A stretch of DNA of 64,000 nt from a virus. The stretch lies in the IMG/VR virus record IMGVR_UViG_3300047373_000743, positions 1-64,000 of that record; one strand, given 5' to 3'. Below the pieces are notes generated by a model. It made no database searches and was not told the DNA's origin. It worked only from the letters and a program-made list of their open reading frames with translations. Position numbers and translations under genes: made by a program. Shown here one piece after another: positions 34,157 through 42,370 of this stretch. Numbering within the stretch: the stretch's first letter is position 1; the number at the start of each line of letters is the position of its first letter.

Positions 34157-34183
34157 ATTTTTTGTATTTTTTAACAAAAAATA

Positions 34184-34190
34184 TATTTAT
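34184..34190 (+). promoter_or_regulatory. Putative late promoter TATTTAT
   Basis: 5 nt before ATG 34196. Confidence 0.6.
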
Positions 34191-34195
34191 ATTTT

Positions 34196-37100
34196 ATGAT
34201 CAAGAGACTCAAAAGTTCTGATAAAACTATTAGGCCGTTTACAACCTTTAAGTCGTGGAAACATTCAACTGTTGACAATCTTGATTCAATTGTGCTTGAG
34301 CAGCCATTATATGACTTAAAAACTCCGGATGGTGATATTATCTATTCAAGTAAAACTTGTTTACAAATTAGTGATATATTAAAGAACGAATATGGATTGG
34401 AGTCGGATGTTTGCAAACACCCAACGATAGATTTAGATTCTGTCAAACTTGAAAAAAAAATTCATAGTAATGTTAATTATGAAAATGGTATAGTGGTTTC
34501 CCCTGAAGAAATTAACACATCCGATAGAATTGCATTCCCTATCAAAAAAACAAATGGAAAAAAAACAAATGGAACATTTTATCCATCTGACCACCCGAAG
34601 TTTGATAAAACACACGAGTTGCTGAATTGGGATGGGAGTTACCAGAGGTTAGTGTATAATAATATAAAGCACTTATTCTATAATGACTATTTTGTTGAGC
34701 ATTTTGATTATACTAGAAATAAAAAGTTAAATATAAAAAACCCACGAATGTTGTTTGGGGTGGAGAGTGCAGAATACCACGACCCCACACTGTTGGAGGA
34801 TATTGACCAAGGAGACTCATACACAGGTCGAAAACTTGAACGTCGGGTTATTGAAGACGAAATAACTGTAGTTGAAATTTCTCAAAAAAATTTTGGTGAT
34901 AAAATAAAACCTGGTTCGGTTCAAATACGAGATAACAGTTCAATGTATGATACCATTGAGGTGGTGGATGATGGTTATACTAATTTAGTTACAAATACAT
35001 TTACATTTTCCGACATTAACACAATTGAATTTGATGATACCGTATGTGGGTTACATGAAAGTCACCAGTCCAACTCGTTTTCTTTTGGAAAAACAACATC
35101 TGCATATAAAGACTATTTACTTGTTGGGGCCCCGGTGAATGTAGATATACCAGATGAATCACAATCAGGATTGGTTGTTTTATATAAAAAAGATCAAGCA
35201 ACAAACAATTTTAGGTGTATTCGTAGTTTTATGTGTCCGTTTACTCAAAATGGGTTGGCACTAGAACAACGTCAGGACCACAATGACTTATTGTTCAGTG
35301 AGTTAAGTGGTGCTCTGCTCGGCAAGGACTACTCGTTGAATGACCAATTTGGCAATGCACTAGAACTAACGGAGACTACCTGTGTAATTGGTTCACCACA
35401 GACACACATTCGGGGTACTGCATCTGAGTCAAGAACAGGCCATGTATTCGTTTATGATAAAAACAAGGGTGGGGTTGATAATTGGGGATTAGTAAACATC
35501 ATCGAGGGGATTCCTGAAACCGAGTTCGGGCACTCAGTATCCGTCCACAATGAAAAAATGGCAATTGGAGCTCCTGGTGCTATGAACGGCCGTGGTGTTG
35601 TGTATATTTTTGAAAAGAAAATACGAACCGAGGATAGTCCGTGGATTCGTCTGACCGATGTACCTGAAGGTTATAAATTCAACAAGGAGCAGAATAAGAG
35701 GATTGGGTATCCATCTGGTGAAGAGTTGGTAGCCGTAAATAAAGATACAACCAGATGGAAAATCAATAGTGTTATACCACCTGGATCGCAACTTGGGTGT
35801 TTTCATTCTCCTGGATCAATTAACATAGATTCAATATGCGACTCTGGTAGTTATCTATCTGGTGAAATTATAACTAAAAAAACAGATGATATAATAAAAC
35901 GATATAGGAGATCTGGATCATGGACTTCGGGAAGTTATGTGTCTGGAACATACGAATCTGGATGCGTTATTAATCCGGTCATTGAGTCTGGTAACTTTCT
36001 ATCTGGTTGCATTGAGTCTGGTAACTTTCTATCTGGTTGCATTGAGTCTGGTAACTTTCTATCTGGTAACTTTCTATCTGGTAACTTTCTATCTGGTTGC
36101 ATCGAGTCCGGAACAAACTTACACCCCACTACGGTAGATTGGAAGGAGTTTATATCTGGGTGTATGGTCGAAGAGATATTACCTGGGGTAGAAATAACAT
36201 CGGGAAGCTTAGAACCGATTTATTATAATAATTGTATATCAGGAAGCAACGAGTTCGTGAGTGGAAGTATTTGCCCATGTGAAGTGTATACGTTTTCGGA
36301 TGAAAAAATTATAGTAGAGTCTTCAATAGTTGATGAGGAATTGGATTTTGATTCAGGATACGAACCACATGAGTACACGAATACCCCTAATTTTGCCATA
36401 GGTGACTTTACGTGGGAACTTACTGATATCATTTACGGAGACCAAACTCAGACAAACACAACCACACCACATCCGTCCACCGAAACACCAAAATTAAATG
36501 CTAAATGTGAAAGATTTGGTGAGGTTGTAAAATTGCACGAAAATTATTTATATGTATCAACCCCGTCTTCCGAAAAACAAATAGTATATGTTCATAGATA
36601 CACACAGGGAGGGTGTCCAACGGAGTGGAGTGTTGTAAACAAGATAACACGTGAGTATTTATGGTCAGCTGAAGGTGGTGAGTTCTCGTATTTCGGTACG
36701 GATTCGAGGAATGCTTCGGTTTTATACCCATACATTTACGAAAAACCAAAAGATGCTTCAGGTCACACAGTACACAATTTTGGAATTTCACTTGATGTAA
36801 ATGATAGATTCCTTGTCATAGGTGACTCCCGAGATCGTGTGTATAAAAACAATTTAATTGAAAATGAGGGTGGGGTTGTATTTGTATTTTCTTCTAATGA
36901 AAATTTACATTTCAAGTATAAGATATTTTCACAAGAAGATAAAGAAGAGCCGGATACATTTAGATTTGGCCAGTCTGTTTCATTATATGAAACAAGCTTG
37001 GTTATTGGGTCACCTTCGATAGAAACTAGTAATATAACATTAGACGATGCCGGCAACTTACACGCAGATGACTACTTTTTTGGAGTATCAACATCAAATC

Positions 37101-38374
37101 AAGAGTTTATAGAATTTGGAGATACACAACTGAATACAGTTCAGGGAAAAACTTATTATTTTGATTTATTAGACAATAAATATGAATCTCTAAAGACGGT
37201 AACATCCACGAAAGAGAAGATGTCAATACGAAAACAATATGGTTATTCAGTCTCAATCACATCTGAGTTTATTTATGTAGGCTCTCCCATAATTGGGACA
37301 TTTCCACACTATGGGTTGTCTACATTTGACGAAACCGTTATAGGTGTGGGTAAATCACAAGCATTGTTTTCATATTATGATAAAACTTTATATAGTTCGG
37401 ATTTTTCTCATACGAACTTATCTGGATTGGTTGGTTTAGTAACGACATACGATTCAATCACAATAACCAGTAAAAAACAACTTCAAGTGGGAAATATATT
37501 TTATAAGAACGGAATAATCGTTTTATCTGGAATAAAATCTGGATATATGAAAGACTTTATGCAGAAAAGTGGCCACTCAGGGTATGAAATCAATTTCAAA
37601 GGTATGCACACTCTACATGAAACTGAAATTCTATGCAAAGTCGAACCGAACGAGTTTAATATGAGTACCAACCCAACCTCTGTGGTGCGTGATAAAGTTC
37701 CATATGACATTAACGGGGATGGTAAATTTGATATTTTTGATTTGATTTTTATATTCAAGTTTTTAACTGATACATCACCTGCGTCCATTCAAACTCAAGT
37801 AGAATTCACAGATACCGAACTTGAAACTGGCATATCCGTGGAGCAGGATACAATGTGGCCCAACTCAGATATATTACTAACTGAATCCGAAGATGCCATA
37901 CTTAAATTTTTTGTAAACGAGTCATCTAATGTAAACAAAGACGAATATTCACTATATTTGCCGTATTTGCGACTTTTAAAAGAACGTGGCCACTTTGACA
38001 TAAATAATGACGGTTTGTCAGACAGAACAGATGCAAAATTGATACTTCGTTACTTCCGTGGAAACTCTGGAGTAGATTTGGTGGGTGGGTTATTAACACC
38101 TGGTTCAAAGAGAAGAGTTGCTGTAGATATTATTAAGTTTTTAGACGAACGAACAGGAAAGTTTAATGGGGTGGAGATTTTAAAAGACTTTGAGTCATTT
38201 AGTGATTTAAGAAAACTTATAAAAAACGGAAAAAATTTAGATTCACTGAAACCACACGCAACTACAATTGGTTTATACGATGGTCTTTCTTTGGTCGGTG
38301 TTGCTAAACTCGGCCGACCAGTTAAAATAACTAATAGTTATCCAATAAATTTTTTAGTAAAATATGACGGTTAG
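34196..38374 (+). CDS. Baseplate/tail protein with FG-GAP beta-propeller and dockerin-like inserts
   Basis: Several FG.S+S+....+VG.P...G.VY+F repeats; DINGDGKFDIFDL and DINNDGLSDRTDA; C-terminal TTIGLYD...VAKLGRP. Confidence 0.7.
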   Translation: MIKRLKSSDKTIRPFTTFKSWKHSTVDNLDSIVLEQPLYDLKTPDGDIIYSSKTCLQISDILKNEYGLESDVCKHPTIDLDSVKLEKKIHSNVNYENGIVVSPEEINTSDRIAFPIKKTNGKKTNGTFYPSDHPKFDKTHELLNWDGSYQRLVYNNIKHLFYNDYFVEHFDYTRNKKLNIKNPRMLFGVESAEYHDPTLLEDIDQGDSYTGRKLERRVIEDEITVVEISQKNFGDKIKPGSVQIRDNSSMYDTIEVVDDGYTNLVTNTFTFSDINTIEFDDTVCGLHESHQSNSFSFGKTTSAYKDYLLVGAPVNVDIPDESQSGLVVLYKKDQATNNFRCIRSFMCPFTQNGLALEQRQDHNDLLFSELSGALLGKDYSLNDQFGNALELTETTCVIGSPQTHIRGTASESRTGHVFVYDKNKGGVDNWGLVNIIEGIPETEFGHSVSVHNEKMAIGAPGAMNGRGVVYIFEKKIRTEDSPWIRLTDVPEGYKFNKEQNKRIGYPSGEELVAVNKDTTRWKINSVIPPGSQLGCFHSPGSINIDSICDSGSYLSGEIITKKTDDIIKRYRRSGSWTSGSYVSGTYESGCVINPVIESGNFLSGCIESGNFLSGCIESGNFLSGNFLSGNFLSGCIESGTNLHPTTVDWKEFISGCMVEEILPGVEITSGSLEPIYYNNCISGSNEFVSGSICPCEVYTFSDEKIIVESSIVDEELDFDSGYEPHEYTNTPNFAIGDFTWELTDIIYGDQTQTNTTTPHPSTETPKLNAKCERFGEVVKLHENYLYVSTPSSEKQIVYVHRYTQGGCPTEWSVVNKITREYLWSAEGGEFSYFGTDSRNASVLYPYIYEKPKDASGHTVHNFGISLDVNDRFLVIGDSRDRVYKNNLIENEGGVVFVFSSNENLHFKYKIFSQEDKEEPDTFRFGQSVSLYETSLVIGSPSIETSNITLDDAGNLHADDYFFGVSTSNQEFIEFGDTQLNTVQGKTYYFDLLDNKYESLKTVTSTKEKMSIRKQYGYSVSITSEFIYVGSPIIGTFPHYGLSTFDETVIGVGKSQALFSYYDKTLYSSDFSHTNLSGLVGLVTTYDSITITSKKQLQVGNIFYKNGIIVLSGIKSGYMKDFMQKSGHSGYEINFKGMHTLHETEILCKVEPNEFNMSTNPTSVVRDKVPYDINGDGKFDIFDLIFIFKFLTDTSPASIQTQVEFTDTELETGISVEQDTMWPNSDILLTESEDAILKFFVNESSNVNKDEYSLYLPYLRLLKERGHFDINNDGLSDRTDAKLILRYFRGNSGVDLVGGLLTPGSKRRVAVDIIKFLDERTGKFNGVEILKDFESFSDLRKLIKNGKNLDSLKPHATTIGLYDGLSLVGVAKLGRPVKITNSYPINFLVKYDG
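35981..36110 (+). repeat. Tandem 30/15-bp repeats (IESGNFLSGC / SGNFL)
   Basis: attgagtctggtaactttctatctggttgc units plus tctggtaactttcta units. Confidence 0.9.
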
Positions 38375-38426
38375 TTCAATGTATCTTATATTTATATTAA
38401 AATTCATACACCGGAGAAAATAAATT

Positions 38427-39251
38427 ATGGCAAAAGAAACAATAGGTTTTAATAGTGGTGCTGATCGTGCATCAATACAAATGGGTCTTGAAGAACGATT
38501 CGCAACAGGTAGTTTGATGTTGAGTGGGGGTGGGGCCGCAAATGGACTAACCTTTGAGGCGCAACGAGATCAAGGTACTAACTTCTTCAGTTATGGAGGA
38601 ACTCGTGGGAGTTCTGGTGGAGGAACATACGAAGGAGGTAGTCTTGATAATACTATAAAAGTAGGAGACACCACGGGAGCGTACGGTAAAGGAGAACCTG
38701 TGCGTAACAACATAAAACACGCATCTAATCAAGCAGAGGTGACGATATACAGAAAAGGTCCCAACGGCCGAGTAGCAGATGCAAAAGCAGACCGAACATC
38801 AATAATCCAAAATTTCATGGACGACTCAGCCGCAAAAGGCACAGCTGGTTTTAGAATTGGAATAGACCGAGGAAACTTTACAACAGGAATGCCGTCTGCA
38901 AACAAAGAACCGACTGAGTATAATGCAGATAAAACCGTATTTAGACAATCTCAGTCAAGTGGAGGATACACCGTTCCTGGAGTAGATTCCAGTCTCGGTA
39001 AAGGCCCTGGATCAAACTTTATGAGTGATTCACCAACAGAGGGAGTCACCGTTAAAGGATTTACCCGTAGATTCGATGACGGGTTGCGGCTCACATATTC
39101 AGATTACGGAGGAGGTAACCCCAACACAGTAACCGGTCCAACGGCAGATAATAGTGCATTCCGACGTAACATGGATACTGTTTTATACGAAACCTCATTT
39201 ACTGGTAAGGAAATATCATCCGAAGTAAACAACGGACGTGGTGTACTTTAA
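38427..39251 (+). CDS. Gly/Thr-rich hypothetical protein, probably late/virion
   Basis: TATTTAT at 38389 and GGAG SD upstream. Confidence 0.7.
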   Translation: MAKETIGFNSGADRASIQMGLEERFATGSLMLSGGGAANGLTFEAQRDQGTNFFSYGGTRGSSGGGTYEGGSLDNTIKVGDTTGAYGKGEPVRNNIKHASNQAEVTIYRKGPNGRVADAKADRTSIIQNFMDDSAAKGTAGFRIGIDRGNFTTGMPSANKEPTEYNADKTVFRQSQSSGGYTVPGVDSSLGKGPGSNFMSDSPTEGVTVKGFTRRFDDGLRLTYSDYGGGNPNTVTGPTADNSAFRRNMDTVLYETSFTGKEISSEVNNGRGVL

Positions 39252-39254
39252 TAG

Positions 39255-39283
39255 TTGATTTTTTTATTTAATTGATATACCAT
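39255..39283 (+). promoter_or_regulatory. Sigma70-like promoter TTGATT-17-TACCAT, leaderless-type spacing
   Basis: ATG 39291 is 7 nt after the -10; heads the replication/recombination genes. Confidence 0.5.
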
Positions 39284-39290
39284 ACTAGGT

Positions 39291-39821
39291 ATGTCAGAAA
39301 ATCAAATTTCCCTTGGACTTGATATTAGTTCAACCGTTGTAGGATATTGTGCGTCAATTTCCAAAGAAAAAGTAATTGATGCGGGGTATATCGATATACA
39401 CAAAGAATCGAGTATTAAGAATAAAGCACACGCACTTGCAAGATATCTTGACCCCCGTTCAATTGACCCACATATTATAATAGTTGAAGATTCTTTGAGT
39501 GGATTCGGAGGGGGTCGAACGAGTCAACAAACGATTGTAAAACTCGCAAAGTGCAACGCAGTAATAAGTTATGTAATAGAGGCTTTGTATGAAGTAGAAG
39601 TCAATCATGTAAATGTATCAACTTTACGCAAAGCAGTATTAGGAAAAAGTCGTGAACAAGGAGTTGATAGTAAAACTTTTGTACGTGAACAACTTGAAAA
39701 AAAGATTGATTTAAATGAATTTATTGTCTATAATAGTAGAAAAAATTATGATAAAAGGAACTACGATATGTTGGACGCAACGGTAGCATCGCTATATCAT
39801 TGGTATACTATTGACAATTGA
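39291..39821 (+). CDS. RuvC-like Holliday junction resolvase
   Basis: LGLDISSTVVG, IIVED and DMLDA acidic catalytic motifs. Confidence 0.8.
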   Translation: MSENQISLGLDISSTVVGYCASISKEKVIDAGYIDIHKESSIKNKAHALARYLDPRSIDPHIIIVEDSLSGFGGGRTSQQTIVKLAKCNAVISYVIEALYEVEVNHVNVSTLRKAVLGKSREQGVDSKTFVREQLEKKIDLNEFIVYNSRKNYDKRNYDMLDATVASLYHWYTIDN

Positions 39822-40747
39822 TGGGGATTTCCGAGCAAAAGTTATATGCCTTGTTGCAGAAGGTGTTAGGTGAAGGTAAAATCGTCTCTAAAGACGAAGC
39901 AATGTTTGTGTGTCCGTTTTCTCATCACCGTAAACCAAAGTTAGCAGTTAATCTTACAACACAACGTTGGCAAAGTTGGATTGATACAAATGCCAAAGGT
40001 CGTAGCATTTTTTCGTTATTCAAAAGAATGCAGGTTCCAAGCAATTATTTTGCAGAGTTATCCAAAATTGTCAAACTTCCAAAAAATACCAAACTTGCAG
40101 ATACTGAAGAGCAATTTGTATCATTGCCCTATGAATTTAAAAGATTGACTGAAACACATACCGATTTTTCTTATTCTAAAGCAATGAGGTATTTAAAAAA
40201 TCGTGGGATTGAATCATACGATATTGAAAGATACGATATAGGATATTGTGATAAAGGAGATTATGTGGGTCGTATCATCGTTCCTTCATTTGATGCAGAC
40301 AACAAATTAAATTACTTTCTTGCAAGGGATTTTACAGGTACTGCTTATTTGAAATACAAAAATCCACCAGTGAGCAAAGATGTGGTTGTATTCGAAAACC
40401 AAATAGATTTCTCTGAACCTTTGATTTTATGCGAAGGTGTTTTTGACGCGATGGCAATTCGCAGAAATGCAATTGCTTTACTCGGAAAAAATATTCCAAG
40501 CAAACTTAAAATGCGTTTAATAGAACATGATGTAAAGGAAGTTAGTATTGTATTAGATAATGATGCGTATAAAAACGCATTATATATATCAGAAACTTTA
40601 ATGAACGATAATATAAAAGTAAAATTGGTCAGAATGGGAAATGAAGACGCAGCCGATTTGGGATTTAACAAAATTATTCATAAAATCAGAGAAACTAATC
40701 TTCTTGATTTTAGTGAATTGATGAAACAAAAATTATGCATGAATTAA
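39821..40747 (+). CDS. DNA primase (DnaG/gp61-like)
   Basis: YLKNRGI, GRIIVP, KYKNPP, TOPRIM LCEGVFDA and LDND; degenerate Zn-finger N-terminus. Confidence 0.9.
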   Translation: MGISEQKLYALLQKVLGEGKIVSKDEAMFVCPFSHHRKPKLAVNLTTQRWQSWIDTNAKGRSIFSLFKRMQVPSNYFAELSKIVKLPKNTKLADTEEQFVSLPYEFKRLTETHTDFSYSKAMRYLKNRGIESYDIERYDIGYCDKGDYVGRIIVPSFDADNKLNYFLARDFTGTAYLKYKNPPVSKDVVVFENQIDFSEPLILCEGVFDAMAIRRNAIALLGKNIPSKLKMRLIEHDVKEVSIVLDNDAYKNALYISETLMNDNIKVKLVRMGNEDAADLGFNKIIHKIRETNLLDFSELMKQKLCMN

Positions 40748-41439
40748 AAACTAATTTAAAGAATGTAGAAAAAGTATATCATTTGGCAGATATTCATATA
40801 AGAAATGTTAAACGACATACAGAATACTCGTTAGTGTTTGAAAACTTCTATAAACAGGTAAAAAAAGACAACTATGACAATGCAATAATTTTTATAGGTG
40901 GGGATATTGCTCATGCTAAGACAGAAATGAGTCCTGAGTTAATTCATCAAATATCTTCATTTTTAAGAGAGTGCTCAAAGCTCCATCCGACAATTGTAAT
41001 TGCTGGTAACCACGATTGTAATCTAAATAATCCTGATCGTCTTGATGTATTATCTCCTATTATGGATATGATGGATGATGATAATCTTTTTTATCTTAAA
41101 AATAGTGGTTTATATAAAATAGGTGACGTTGCATTTGGGGTGTTTAGTATATTAGATGATCCAGAGAACTACATTTCGGGTCTGGATATAAACGATCCAA
41201 GTATTAAAACCAAAATTGCAGTTTATCATGGTGCAGTAAAACGTAGTATGACAGACATCGGGTATGTTGTCATGGGTGGTGACATTGAACTTCCTATGTT
41301 CAACGGGTATGACATTGTTATGTTGGGTGACATTCACAAACACCAAGTATTACAGGAATATCAATCAGAACATAAATTTATTCCAGAAGATAAAGTAGAT
41401 GAATATAAACTAAAGGGGTGGTGTTTAGCAGATGACTAG
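40735..41439 (+). CDS. SbcD/Mre11 (gp47-like) metallophosphoesterase, N-terminal fragment
   Basis: HLADIH, GGDIAH, AGNHD, YHG and LGDIHKHQ motifs; lacks the following YxGS motif. Confidence 0.85.
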   Translation: MHELKTNLKNVEKVYHLADIHIRNVKRHTEYSLVFENFYKQVKKDNYDNAIIFIGGDIAHAKTEMSPELIHQISSFLRECSKLHPTIVIAGNHDCNLNNPDRLDVLSPIMDMMDDDNLFYLKNSGLYKIGDVAFGVFSILDDPENYISGLDINDPSIKTKIAVYHGAVKRSMTDIGYVVMGGDIELPMFNGYDIVMLGDIHKHQVLQEYQSEHKFIPEDKVDEYKLKGWCLADD

Positions 41440-42370
41440 TATATTAATCAGATGTAGAAACATTCACATCGGTGATGTTATTTTTTGTAGTAGTGTCGCA
41501 AAAAAGTTAAAAGAAAAAAATCCCAATTGTATTGTTCACTTTGATGTTAATTATCTACAACCTATAGAGTTGTTGACAAACAACCCATACATTGATGAAG
41601 TTTACTATAAAGAAAATGCGAATATAGAGTATGATGTTGTGCATGATGTAATGAATGAAGATGTATCTACACTTAGTCCATATGAGTCAGCGGTATCTCA
41701 GTTTCAACGTATGTGTGGAATTGAAAATTTCGACGATACCTTTGAAGTTTTTACAAATCCCCAACTTGATTATTCTATACAAAAAAGCATGGACGAGTTG
41801 ACACAGATAGGAGATTGGGAATCTGACTTAGTTAAAATAGGTTATCAAGTTGATTGGGATAGAAAAAGTTTTTTATTTACTGAGGATCAGTATAATCGTG
41901 CAGAGGGTGGTGAAGACGGAACTGGATATGGAACTGGTAAAAGAAATATTTTTGATATAATAAAGTCTATGGAACTTTCACCAAAAGTTATGTTGTTTGC
42001 ACTTGGTATAGAAGATACTATTTCAAAAAACTATCCATGTTTAAACTCAACAAGTAAATTTTCATTTACTGCAAGTTTAATGAAAAACTGCGATTATGTT
42101 GTGGGTGGTGAGGGGTGTCTTACTAATATATCATCTGCTCTTGGTACAAACACAATAATAACCACCGATTATATCCACCAAATGTTCGGACCAAAAGGAA
42201 TATTGTGGCAACAAAATGGGGGTAGTGTAAATAATCTAGAAACAAGAATTCCGTATTTAGGACCTTGTAAATATTTTCCAAATGATAATCATGTTCACCT
42301 GAGTCCGTTTTTAACTGATTGCGAAGTAGGAGAACAAATTTTAGAAACTGCATTAAATGGACGAAGTTAA
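41432..42370 (+). CDS. Glycosyltransferase family 9 (heptosyltransferase-like, GT-B)
   Basis: HIGDVIF...LKEKNP...LLTNNPYIDEV and SLMKNCDYVVGGEGCLTNISSALG. Confidence 0.7.
   Translation: MTSILIRCRNIHIGDVIFCSSVAKKLKEKNPNCIVHFDVNYLQPIELLTNNPYIDEVYYKENANIEYDVVHDVMNEDVSTLSPYESAVSQFQRMCGIENFDDTFEVFTNPQLDYSIQKSMDELTQIGDWESDLVKIGYQVDWDRKSFLFTEDQYNRAEGGEDGTGYGTGKRNIFDIIKSMELSPKVMLFALGIEDTISKNYPCLNSTSKFSFTASLMKNCDYVVGGEGCLTNISSALGTNTIITTDYIHQMFGPKGILWQQNGGSVNNLETRIPYLGPCKYFPNDNHVHLSPFLTDCEVGEQILETALNGRS

Noticed and set aside
41434-42362. Ribosomal bypass (GAC-TAG take-off, GAC landing), intron or split intein at the nuclease split
   Set aside because: The ~920-nt gap is fully occupied by a coupled ORF, far beyond known hops; no intron core and no intein terminal Cys/His-Asn motifs.
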